From an uncultured Acidobacteriota bacterium (lineage in GTDB: Bacteria; Acidobacteriota; UBA6911), in assembly GCA_963843575.1 (NCBI GenBank), contig CAWJKZ010000017.1, forward strand, positions 260,734 through 324,733: DNA of 64,000 nucleotides. The letters run 5' to 3'. Under the pieces are notes generated by a model, which had not been told where the DNA came from, ran no database searches, and was given only the letters and a program-made list of their open reading frames with translations. The position numbers and the translations under genes were made by a program. Positions 20,501-29,700 of the stretch are shown here, in pieces (the first letter of the stretch is position 1; every line of letters starts with the position of its first letter).

Positions 20501-21970
20501 CACCGTGACAAAGTTCCACAACGGGTTCGTCATGAAGCTGCCGCCGAGGGCGCGCGCGTGGCGCCGGATTTCCTCGTTGATGAGGGTGAAGACCGGCTGG
20601 CGCCCGACATTGTCCCAATCGACGGCCACGTGCTCGTCCTGTTCGAGAAAACTCCTTTTCAGGTGAAGCATCCCCTTGGCGTCGTCGCGCCCCATGATCA
20701 GGTAGAGCATGGTGTGGTTGAGCGCGTTGTGTTCCTGGTAGACATCGAAGACGTTGTCGCGCCGGCGCCGTTCGAACTCCTCTTTTTCGTCTCCCACGTC
20801 CATGTCCTCGGCGCCTCCGAGCGCGGCCACGGAGCCGAAGGCGAGCATCGCCGATCCCACGTAGGCGCCTGGGAACGAGAAGTCCTCGACGGCGATACGC
20901 TGTTCCAGCGGCAGGCTGGAATCGTACTTGACGCACCCGACGATGCTTGGCCCCGGTGCATTGCCCTGCTTGCGCCACGGGTGCATGGGGTCGGCGCCGA
21001 ACCCGAGCGTGTTGACCTGCTGATCCGCGTTGTAGGCCAGGGCGAAGAAATCGCCGTTCCCCGTGAACTGGGTGCCGAGTTTCGGCGAAAGCGACAAGCC
21101 GTGCGCTTCGGATTTCAGCAGGATCTCAACCGTACCCAGCGAGCCTGCAGCCAGGATCACGTTGGCGGTCTCGAGACTGAATTTCTCGGTGGACGCCGGT
21201 TGGAGGAAGCGCGTGCCATGAATCCGCCAGCCTCCGCCCGGCAGACGCTCGACCCGGTCAACCTGCATCCGCGTAAATATGTCGGTGCCGTTTCGGTGCG
21301 CCACGGGCAGGTAGTTCATATAGAGAGTGTTTTTCGCACCCGTGTTGCACCCTGTGACGCAGTCGCCGCAGTCTATGCAGGGAGTCTGGTTCCGGCCGTG
21401 CGGATTCACCCCGTCTATGTCGAAATTGACCGTGAGATCCAGGCCGAAGGCGCGCCTGCCGATTTCGCGGGCGCGCTTGTCGAGGGCTTTGACCTTCAAC
21501 AGGCAGTCCTGCTGGTCCGGATTCGAGCGCGGGTGGGGACGCGCGGCGAGCATTTGCCTCGCCTTGTCATAGTGCGGGAGCAGTTCCTGCAGCGTGATAT
21601 TGCGCGGCCAGGCGACCTGGTCAAAAATGTCCGCATCGGGCACGATCGCCACGTTCGCGTTGATCAGCGACGTGCCGCCCAGACCGGACCCCTTCAGTAC
21701 GGATATGTCGGGGAACACCAGGAAATCGTAGAGCCCCAGCGGATTGAGAAGCGGATTGCGGACGGCGGAGAGGATCTCGTTCAGCCGGTCCGGGAATTCG
21801 CCCGAGACCCACTCCCTTCCGCGTTCGAGCAGGCAAACGGAGGGCTTGGGAGACGCGTTGGATATCCGGGCAGCCGTGATCGCGCCACCATATCCAGACC
21901 CGATCACCGCAAAATCGTATTTCTGACGCCTCCGGCTCCAGTCCTTTGACAGGCGTTCGTCTGCGGGCAT
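17504..21970 (-). CDS. Cholesterol-oxidase-like GMC oxidoreductase with about 900-aa C-terminal extension
   Basis: VIGSGYGG FAD motif, LGGTSLINAN, CIDCGDCVTGC, AHPLGGC, ADGSLIP...GVNPFLTI; extension carries two homologous modules. Confidence 0.9.
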   Translation of the reverse strand: MPADERLSKDWSRRRQKYDFAVIGSGYGGAITAARISNASPKPSVCLLERGREWVSGEFPDRLNEILSAVRNPLLNPLGLYDFLVFPDISVLKGSGLGGTSLINANVAIVPDADIFDQVAWPRNITLQELLPHYDKARQMLAARPHPRSNPDQQDCLLKVKALDKRAREIGRRAFGLDLTVNFDIDGVNPHGRNQTPCIDCGDCVTGCNTGAKNTLYMNYLPVAHRNGTDIFTRMQVDRVERLPGGGWRIHGTRFLQPASTEKFSLETANVILAAGSLGTVEILLKSEAHGLSLSPKLGTQFTGNGDFFALAYNADQQVNTLGFGADPMHPWRKQGNAPGPSIVGCVKYDSSLPLEQRIAVEDFSFPGAYVGSAMLAFGSVAALGGAEDMDVGDEKEEFERRRRDNVFDVYQEHNALNHTMLYLIMGRDDAKGMLHLKRSFLEQDEHVAVDWDNVGRQPVFTLINEEIRRHARALGGSFMTNPLWNFVTVRNLITAHPLGGCPLGEDYMQGAADEFGRVFAGDGSIHPGLFVADGSLIPSALGVNPFLTISALSERIADRLVRSVGGEAYPERPARITVPGLDPLEVLNYKEADLERIFSRVESLGVATIVNGGEVGIDGDRGIIRNDTCWKGFFPRRHILNQFSTAFFAGFKKRFTRTAGGITGETSDSDGRIRARNTLEEIHITTRTATLEPGKYILLRYPDDPWRGFYDVFKIVNEELLIGRVYLGEFPNGLRLFTFPMTRVYGLDEATVADHRRLYESAPAPAKEQLAGLWEMRMVSNAANTGVVAYLNFELKPDGRLETRYQLLGLLEGMAEPVFAHDHFQLNDFTPFHDEIRAIGPDLMVGKYTTASPPGLAQLFGPSSIGLFQLESGAGGAPQFSFYYTLRRSGPDKPPPSPFLAPLLDVRLPDGLGMTFDEEMTGHYFPGFLPPPGFEGDGAIEARVSGPEQKLPCSFQVRMTVRDLNEFFESPEHEARMRGTIHFGDFGGQGPATFEINADKSYFNYLRINPATGEAEMLYHVYFRDPARTEYLLHGRKYMQKNKRGGIAGIREILRDYTTLYCRLSDTASGAGLGSGLLRFRTFEDIEAAGSFAAFLRSFEVTGTDNPLLKARGLLRFLALTNQFVMREYDPLSAQGGFAAEEVREAVLRGAEIPDYFSTRPTPELQTIMRETPTRPLETLLNRGSVRIDYANRRILRDSFWKGSFARDTLLGWEERLRAAALALGERPPAERYTGGSFWKRFDGMRSGSLSGYVVNYELQCLPGRPVVEQLRYPDDNRKFVKAGDDVLLLTYTNAPYRMVYDVIKAVGENDCIGVMHLGTFPTGLEFATFVMARHNYPFKNMSVPDHLAIFTGDRARVPKPTEIAGEWRGHILFLTRPDVSLLNQVNPVAFHVRFLPTANGAEARFSFGLGPAGGPTYWTDEFARLVASAGIAEEMRIVDDQTMLGRWVSAPSALWLRDPVLQPALCGYLEPRQNSMVLNYVLERVS

Positions 21971-22258
21971 GGCAAAGCTCTCCCGAAATGAGCGCTAGAA
22001 ATTGAGGTTCAAGCCAGTTCCCCGAGTAACTGAACGTACTTGTTACAGAATGTGATACCGTGCGCAGCGGCTTGTCAAGCCCGATTGCAGGCTGGAATAC
22101 GATGCCGTTTTTTCGGACGCGGATGGACGCAGGTCCGCGCAGATAGAAAACAAAGGCATTAGTGCCAGGCCGGTGTTCATCTACGTCCCGCTGTTTATAT
22201 TCCGACAATTCTGTGTTACTTCTAGGCCATTCGATTGTCCTCACCAGGAGTGCACGAC

Positions 22259-24148
22259 ATGGCACAGCCGCACGCACGTCGCAGCGCAGTTTCCCCGCCG
22301 GCGTACCGGCGGCTGCGAACCTATGCTTTCGATCCCAGCCTCGTCAAACTCGAGACGGCAGGGCTCAACCTGGCGACCCTCAAGGTCCGGTGGGAGAGGG
22401 ACGCAAAAACCAGGGCCGAACTGCTGCAGCCGGGGCCGGTAGGCGAATACGTGGAGGTCGTGGACTACGACCCGGCGAGCGAATGTTTCTACCTGCCCGT
22501 CGATCTGAACGATTTCCGCCTCGTAGCGCAGGACGGCCTGGACCCGTCGGAAGGCAACCCTCAGTTTCACCAGCAGATGGTTTATGCCGTCTCGATGAGC
22601 ACGATCCAGAATTTCGAGAGGGCGCTGGGCCGCGTTGCCCTGTGGTCGGCGCGCGATCCGGGTGGGAACGCGCGGGGGCGGTATGTCCAGCGCCTGCGCG
22701 TATACCCGCACGCGATGCGCGATGCCAACGCGTACTACAGCCCGGCCCGGAAAGCGCTTCTGTTTGGGTATTTCCCGGCCTCGCTCGAAAACCCGGGGAG
22801 CAATCTGCCCGGCGGGACGGTTTTCACGTGCCTTTCCCACGACATCGTCGCGCACGAGACGACGCACGCGCTGCTGGATGGCCTGCACCCGTGGTTTGCG
22901 GAGCCCAGCAATCCCGACGTGCTCGCATTCCACGAGGCGTTCGCGGACCTGGTTGCGCTGCTGCAGCACTTCACCCACCCGGAAGTGCTGCAGCACCAGA
23001 TCGCCAGGACCCGGGGCGACCTTGCCAGGCAGAACCTCCTGGGCCAGCTGGCGCAGCAGTTCGGTCAGGCCATAGGTCGCTACGGTGCGTTGCGCGATGC
23101 CCTCGGGAGGGTGAATGCCGAAACGCATGCCTGGGAGGTCCTCCAGCCCGATCCGGCCGACTACGCGGCGGCGGCGGAGCCGCACGACCGCGGCGCAATA
23201 CTGGTGGCTGCCGTCTTCGATGGTTTCCTCTCCATCTATAAGGCGCGCATAGCGGATCTGATCCGCATCGCGACCGGCGGCAGCGGCGTGCTGGCCGAGG
23301 GGGAACTGAACGCGGACCTGGTCCGCCGGCTTGCCGAGGAGGCCGCCAAATCGGCGCAGCATGTCCTGACCATGTGCATCCGGGCGCTCGATTACTGCCC
23401 GCCCGTCGATATTACCTTCGGCGAATACCTGCGGGCCCTCATCACGGCGGATGCGGACCTCGTGCCGGACGATGACCGGGGATATCGCCTCGCCGTGATC
23501 GAAGCGTTCCGCAGGAGGGGCATCTATCCCGGCGGCGTGCGCAACCTCGCCGAAGACAGCTTGCGCTGGCATGAGCCGCTGCTGCCCGATTTCCCCGGAT
23601 TCGCCGGCACGAAGCGCACTCTCGAGCTGGAATGGGACCAGAAGACCGATCGATTCGCCGTCTGGCAGGCGATGCAGGCCAACCGCAACGTGATCAAGGA
23701 TTGGCTCGCTTCGGGAGTTCTAACCTGCGACTACGCCGAACAGTTGGGCCTGGCGCTCGGCCGCGATGCCCCGGCCACCATCCCACGCGACAGGAGCGGC
23801 GCCCCCTGCCTCGAGGTTTCCTCCGTGCGTCCGGTCCGGCGCGTCGGACCGGACGGCCAGCTCATGGTCGACCTGGTTGTCGAGCTGACGCAGAAGCGTG
23901 TCGAGTTGCTCGACGAGCGGAACAGGAACTCCGGCACCTTCACGTTCCGCGGCGGCTGCTCGCTGGTGGTGGACCTGGAAGCGTACAAGGTGCGATGCGC
24001 GGTCGCCAAGAATATCCTGAGCGAGCACAGGCTGCGGCGGCAGAGGGATTTCACGGCCGATTCGTCGCAGCAGTCGCTTCACGCGACCTACTTCGGCGCC
24101 GAGCGCGCGGGGGCCGAACCGTTCCTGCGCCTTCACCGCGGTTTGTAG
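22259..24148 (+). CDS. M4-like (gluzincin) zinc metallopeptidase, no signal peptide
   Basis: ATG after CAGGAG; NAYYS, AHETTH (HExxH), FHEAFAD (third zinc ligand), EPHDRG. Confidence 0.85.
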   Translation: MAQPHARRSAVSPPAYRRLRTYAFDPSLVKLETAGLNLATLKVRWERDAKTRAELLQPGPVGEYVEVVDYDPASECFYLPVDLNDFRLVAQDGLDPSEGNPQFHQQMVYAVSMSTIQNFERALGRVALWSARDPGGNARGRYVQRLRVYPHAMRDANAYYSPARKALLFGYFPASLENPGSNLPGGTVFTCLSHDIVAHETTHALLDGLHPWFAEPSNPDVLAFHEAFADLVALLQHFTHPEVLQHQIARTRGDLARQNLLGQLAQQFGQAIGRYGALRDALGRVNAETHAWEVLQPDPADYAAAAEPHDRGAILVAAVFDGFLSIYKARIADLIRIATGGSGVLAEGELNADLVRRLAEEAAKSAQHVLTMCIRALDYCPPVDITFGEYLRALITADADLVPDDDRGYRLAVIEAFRRRGIYPGGVRNLAEDSLRWHEPLLPDFPGFAGTKRTLELEWDQKTDRFAVWQAMQANRNVIKDWLASGVLTCDYAEQLGLALGRDAPATIPRDRSGAPCLEVSSVRPVRRVGPDGQLMVDLVVELTQKRVELLDERNRNSGTFTFRGGCSLVVDLEAYKVRCAVAKNILSEHRLRRQRDFTADSSQQSLHATYFGAERAGAEPFLRLHRGL

Positions 24149-24155
24149 GAGAGTT

Positions 24156-25646
24156 ATGCCACGAACAGATGTGGAGCCTGAAGGCGCGCCCGCCGCCGCG
24201 GCCGGACTCATGACGCCGCCGACCGGCGGCGCGAAAATAAGGATGTACCGGCACGGGTTGGGCGACTGTTTTCTCCTGGCCTTCCCTGCCCGCGCCGGCC
24301 GGCCGTTTTATTTTCTGGTCGATTGCGGCGTCATCCTCGGGACGCCCGACGCTTCCCGCAAAATGCAGGATGTGGTGCGAGACATTGCCGCGGCCACCGG
24401 CGGACGAATCGACGTCGCCGCCGCCACCCACGAACATTGGGATCACATTTCCGGGTTCGCCCAGGCAGCCGAAATCTTCCAGCGAGATCTCAAAATCGGT
24501 CAGGTCTGGCTTGCCTGGACGGAGGACAAGTCAAACCCGCTGGCCCGGAAACTGATCGCAGACCGCCACCGAAAGGTCGAGGCTCTCCGGGGCTTGGTGC
24601 AACACCTCCAAGCCGCGGAATCCCCGGTTGCCGGGCACGTCACTCGCCTGCTGGATTTCTTTGGCGGCCTGGGAGCCACCAGCACGGGGGACGCACTGGA
24701 TGCCGTGCGCGGTTACTCCGAGCAGCCCCTCCGATACTGTCGGCCCGCCGACCCGCCCGCCGCTTTCGGCGATGTTCCCGGTCTCCGCACCTACGTGCTC
24801 GGCCCGCCGGAGGATGAACAGCTGCTGAACCGGGACCTCCCCACCAAGACCGGCAGGGAAACGTATGATGACAGCTCCGTCCCGCTGAACCTGGAAAACG
24901 CATTTCTTGCCGCCGCTCTGCACCGGGACCTCGGGTCTGAACCTGGAATCGTGGAGCGCGAACTGCAGGAACTCAGCCTGCCATTTGACCGCTCGCTGCA
25001 GATCCCCGTCCGCGACGCGAAACGGCTGTCCTTCTTCCGCAGGTACTACTTCGGCTCGGGACGGGCCCACGATCTGGCGTGGCGGCAGATCGACAACGAC
25101 TGGCTCAATGCGGCGGATCAGATCGCGCTGAAGCTTGACAGCGACACGAACAACACCAGCCTAGTCCTGGCGTTCGAGCTGACCGTAAGCGGGAGGGTAT
25201 TGCTCTTCGCTGCCGACGCGCAGGTCGGGAACTGGCTCTCCTGGGGCGGCTTGACCTGGAAACTCACCACCGGCGAGTCTGCAGGCCTGGACGTGACGGC
25301 CCAGGACCTGCTGGCCCGCACTGTCCTCTACAAAGTGGGTCACCACGGGAGCCACAACGCCACCCTGCGGGCCGGGGGCCTCGAGCTGATGCGCAGTCCG
25401 GATCTCATGGCGCTGATCCCCGTAGACTCCGCCGTGGCCCAAAAGAAGAAATGGGATATGCCGTTCCCACCCCTGGTCAACCGTCTTCGCGAGAAGACGT
25501 CCGACCGGATCCTGAGAAGTGACGACGCGGTTGCGCTCGCCCGCCGACAGGTGCCCGAGGACGCCACCGCTCTAATGTGGAGCCGCTTTCAGAAGAGCGT
25601 CGTCGAAACGGACCTCTACTTCGAAATCACAATCGCCGACTCATGA
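24156..25646 (+). CDS. MBL-fold metallo-hydrolase (ComEC/Rec2-like)
   Basis: GLGDCFLL, LVDCG, THEHWDH, NNTSLV, LFAADAQ, KVGHHGSHNAT; 7 bp after the peptidase stop, with a GGAG RBS. Confidence 0.88.
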   Translation: MPRTDVEPEGAPAAAAGLMTPPTGGAKIRMYRHGLGDCFLLAFPARAGRPFYFLVDCGVILGTPDASRKMQDVVRDIAAATGGRIDVAAATHEHWDHISGFAQAAEIFQRDLKIGQVWLAWTEDKSNPLARKLIADRHRKVEALRGLVQHLQAAESPVAGHVTRLLDFFGGLGATSTGDALDAVRGYSEQPLRYCRPADPPAAFGDVPGLRTYVLGPPEDEQLLNRDLPTKTGRETYDDSSVPLNLENAFLAAALHRDLGSEPGIVERELQELSLPFDRSLQIPVRDAKRLSFFRRYYFGSGRAHDLAWRQIDNDWLNAADQIALKLDSDTNNTSLVLAFELTVSGRVLLFAADAQVGNWLSWGGLTWKLTTGESAGLDVTAQDLLARTVLYKVGHHGSHNATLRAGGLELMRSPDLMALIPVDSAVAQKKKWDMPFPPLVNRLREKTSDRILRSDDAVALARRQVPEDATALMWSRFQKSVVETDLYFEITIADS

Positions 25647-25668
25647 TGCCGAAGGCTCGCGCCGGGTC

Positions 25669-26532
25669 CTACCCGACGCGGCCCGTGGCGGCGCGGGTTT
25701 CGATCGTGAGGGGTTTCTGGCGCTCGAACGCCCTGTCGGCGGCTCCCGCGCGGAAGAAGTTCGGCGACTGCCATGGCGGCATGCTTCTGCGGATCTTCGC
25801 GTAGAGATCCCCGTAATTCCGGAGCTTGCCCTTGTTCCACACCGACAGAAGGGTGGCCGTGAACAGCCCGTTCTTGTCGCCATCCGACGACAGCTGGTTG
25901 TCCTGGCAGCCCGAGATCAGCAGGATGGAAGCATTGACCGATACACGCTCGCCATCCGGAGAGTACCTCTGGATGTCGTCGTACAGCTTCTGGTTTGCCC
26001 TGTACGTCCTTTCCTGAACGTCGAGCGGCAGGGCTTTGAATCGGGGGCCGATCGGCGCGGGCGCAGGCGCCGAGCCCAGTGCCGCGCTCATCCTGTTGTA
26101 GAGTTCGCGCACCACGCTGCCGCTGTGGCAGCTGTCCGAGAGCACGAAGATCCGCACTCCCGGATCGAATTCCGAAAAGAGCGCATAGAGCTCGTCGTCA
26201 ATCAGCTGCCTGTCATACAGAACCCAGGTTTCGTCCCTGCCGTCCGGCTCGTCGCCGTTGGTGTCGGGCACCTGCCCCCCGTGCCCGGAGTAGGTCACGA
26301 ACAGCATGTCGCCGTGATCAAGCTCGCGGGCCGCTTTGCGGAGCGCCCCGGTAACGTTCTCGGCGGTGGCTTGTTCCGTGAGCATCTGCTGCGCGAGGTA
26401 TCCCTTCGCCTTGGCGATGGTGTTCATGTCGCGGGCATCGGCCTCGCAAGCCGCCAGCTGCCCGTCCCAGCCTTCGTAATGCGCCGGGTCCACACGATTG
26501 AGCCCAATGTGAATGGATATTCCTTTAGCCAT
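25669..26532 (-). CDS. Metacaspase (peptidase C14, caspase family)
   Basis: IHIGLN, LAACEADA, YSGHGGQ (His), LSDSCHSG (Cys), ISGCQDNQ, GLFT, QSP; ATG 26532 after GGAGAAG. Confidence 0.93.
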   Translation of the reverse strand: MAKGISIHIGLNRVDPAHYEGWDGQLAACEADARDMNTIAKAKGYLAQQMLTEQATAENVTGALRKAARELDHGDMLFVTYSGHGGQVPDTNGDEPDGRDETWVLYDRQLIDDELYALFSEFDPGVRIFVLSDSCHSGSVVRELYNRMSAALGSAPAPAPIGPRFKALPLDVQERTYRANQKLYDDIQRYSPDGERVSVNASILLISGCQDNQLSSDGDKNGLFTATLLSVWNKGKLRNYGDLYAKIRRSMPPWQSPNFFRAGAADRAFERQKPLTIETRAATGRVG

Positions 26533-26645
26533 GTTTTTGCTTCTCCCGAGGATCTTGTCTTTAGCAAGTTTGGGAATGGGCGTGGCACCCGCACACGCCG
26601 GATTAATCTGATGAGAATACACGGCTCGGTCCGTGTCAAGGGTTT

Positions 26646-26709
26646 TGGAGTGCGGCGACTCGCCGCCGCAATGTCGCGATTCGGGGTGGCGCCGAGGCGC
26701 CGCACTCCA
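26646..26709. repeat. REP-like palindrome (GGAGTGCGGCG...CGCCGCACTCC type)
   Basis: 12-bp inverted repeat TGGAGTGCGGCG / CGCCGCACTCCA with inner hairpins, between the CHAT and metacaspase genes. Confidence 0.6.
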
Positions 26710-26720
26710 GATTGCCAACT

Positions 26721-29700
26721 TCAGGAGATCGCCTGCCGCAGTGCCGCCAGTGCGGCCACGAGGGGGCGCCGGTGCGTCGCATCGGCCCCGGCCTGCGCCA
26801 TCTTTTCCAGGAAAGCGATATCTTCCGTCACGTTGCACGCCGGGCTGCCCTGCTGGACAGCGGCGAGATAGCCGGCCCGGATTTCCGCCCCCGCCTGTTC
26901 GGAAATGGCCTGTTGCCGCAGGCAGCTCAGCAGCCGGTGATCGGCAGCCAGCCGCAGGCTCCAGGGCTCGTCGGCGTTTTGCCCCACGCCCGCGAGCCGT
27001 TCGAGATCCTCGAGTCCTCTTCCGATCCTTTCGAGGCGTTGATCGTATGTTTCCCGGTCGCTGCCGCGTGCCGGTTTCCGCCAGCCCAGGACAATCTCCG
27101 CCACGAGCTGATCCTTCAGGTACAGGCCGCGCGCGCTCATGGGCGCAGCGTCCTCCCGAAACGCTTCACGGTAGCTGCTTGCCATAATCTCCAGGTGCTT
27201 GCGACAGCTTGCCGGATTCCGGGCGAGCGTCGCCCGCAGTTTGCCGAGGCGGCCCCTGAGGGAATGACGTTCCCGTGTTTCCCTGACGAGGCTCAAGCCG
27301 TCCAGGAGGCGGCTCGCCTTTTCCAGGAGGATCCCAGGTTTGTGGCGCAGTTCCTGGTCGGCCGCACTTTCCGATACGGAATCCAGCCGGGCTATCAGTT
27401 GGGCAGCCCAGCGCACTTCCAGAGCCGCCATCCGGTCGAGCGAGTCCACGGGGGCATCGGCCGGCTCGCAGGTTCTTGCCAACTCGTAGTAGCGCAAACC
27501 CTCTTCGAACATGTCCAGCTCGAAGCAGGCATCGCCGAGGGCCGCGCAGGTCGTGGCCGCGGCGAGCCAATGCCGGGGAACAGATTTCACCACGGCCGCC
27601 AGGCGCTGGCGCGACGATTTCTGCCCGGAGAGCCCGGCGCTGCGGGACGACTGCACCAGATCCTCGAGCTCGCCCAGGAGCTCGGCTGGGGCCACGATGC
27701 GGTTGCTGCGCGGGGTCCGGGACGCGGCCGCCGCCCCTGTGTTCAACGAGAAATCCGGGTCGCCGTAACACTGGTACGCTCCCCAGGTGTTCGTGGCGCC
27801 GAAGCGAAGATGGATTTCCTCCCGAGCGAGGCGCACGGCCTCCCCGAAGGCGCGGCCTTCCAGGAGCTCGCAGTAGAACGTGGCGGCAAAGGCGCCGGCC
27901 GCCGCGTCGTCGACGGCCCAACCGGCCGCCACCACGCAGCGCACACCGATCCGAATGAGTTGGGTTGCGATGTTCGCCGCAAGTCGGTGGTACTGGACAG
28001 CATCCTGCTGGGCTTCACCCCTGGTCTGCCCCAGGTGGCAGCAATTCACGAACACCACGTCGGGTACGAAGCGCATCTGCTCGATTTCGGCAGGGGTGAG
28101 AAACAACCCATCGCCGAGGACGATCCCACTCACGGTTTCGCCGGGGACCGCACCATTGCTCACCGGGAATTGGAACACGCCGTGCCCGGCCACGTGCAGG
28201 ATGCGATAAGGCCGGGAGTACAACGCGGTCAGAATGGACTGGGCGGTTGCCTCCTCCCCGGCCAGCTCGACCGTTTCGGCATAGCCGTGATCGCGGAGTT
28301 GCCGGGCTACTGCCCGCGCTTCCGCCTCGGCGCCCGGGAGCGGAGCGTACTTTCCGGATTTGTCGCTTCTGGTAGGGTCCCCCACCACCAGCGCGGTGTA
28401 GCGGGTCGCCTGCAGTACCTTCTCACGAAACACCGGCACCGCCAGCTGCCTTACCATGCCGGCCTCCACGGACAGCGGCCTCGCACCGGCGCAGAACCGG
28501 TCCTGCATCAGCTCCCAGGGGTAGGCTGCCGACTGTTCGTCGAGCACGAGCACCAGGTTGCGCCGGTCCGGGGCGTGCTCCTTCAACAGGTTCGGCACCA
28601 GGAGTTCGAAGAGCGTGCAGCCCAGATCGGCGTCGCCGCCCGTCGAGGCGACCGCGCGTTCGAGGAAACTCTCAACCAGCCTGCGCTGGGTCGGCTGCAG
28701 GTAGCTCTCGGCTCGTGCCCGCTCGGTGAGCCCTTCAAACTTCAGCGCGCCGTCTTCCTGGACCGAGATCCGCATCCGTTGCCACCACCCGGGTTCCTCA
28801 TCGTAATAAGCGCGCTTCCGCCCGTCCGCACTCCCGACGACCAACTCCTCTATTTGAAAACGGTCGCGGAACTCGGCCGACCGCCCCAGATCCAGCAGGG
28901 CCTTGACCGCCTGTATCGCACGGTCCTGCCACAACTCGATGATGTCCAGCTGATCGATGAACGCGGTGAGCTTCGACGCCCCATCTGGGGCTCCCGGCGC
29001 GCCGCCGCGGCTGGCAGGCTTTTTGGTCTGCAGCGACTGAAGGTGCTGGTTGGCCTGGGTCACCCCTCGCAGGATGGACTGCAGCGAGTCTGTAACCGTC
29101 AGGCCTGCGCCGCCCGTCCCGATGAGCAGCGCCGCCATCGCCGCACTTATGCGGCCCTCCCCATCTGGGGCCTGCGGAGCCTGCCGGCGCCCGGCGCGCT
29201 CGCTGTCGATCAGGCCCATGGCGTATGCCGTTGCGGCGCGTGAGAAGCTCCCCGCGAGCCCGCCCGGCGTCAGGCTGCCGACCGTGCCGAGCCCGACCAC
29301 AATAGCTCCGGGGTGGGCCCCGCTCCTGCGGCGCCCCTCCTCGTTCAGGAAGACGGCGCTGGTGTTTAGTTCGCCCGGGTAAAGGTCCAGCCGCTGCATC
29401 TCGCGGAGGCGGTTGTCGAGCTGCCAGTCGAGGTACGCTTCCGCGCTGACGATGGTGTCCCCGCAATAATGGCCGACCACGACGGGATAAGCCGCCCGGC
29501 TCAGGTTCCCGTGCACCACCCGCACCCGGACCCTGGGATTGGGCTCGGCTGCTCTGCGATGGCGCGTGGACCCGAGGGCCGATGCGACGAGGTCCTCCTC
29601 GTCCGGGTAGAAGGCGGGAGCCTCGACCGGCAACTCGAAGGTCTCACCGGAGGCGCCGCGGAGGGCCGGTGGGGTCTGTGGCAGCTTGGTCGTGACCCCG

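Noticed and set aside
26712-29243. 843-aa plus-strand ORF (and similar long ORFs at 38475-40964, 35583-37655, 29469-31280, 20390-21949)
   Set aside because: Antisense to well-supported genes; stop-poor frames are expected in high-GC DNA and they show no motifs.
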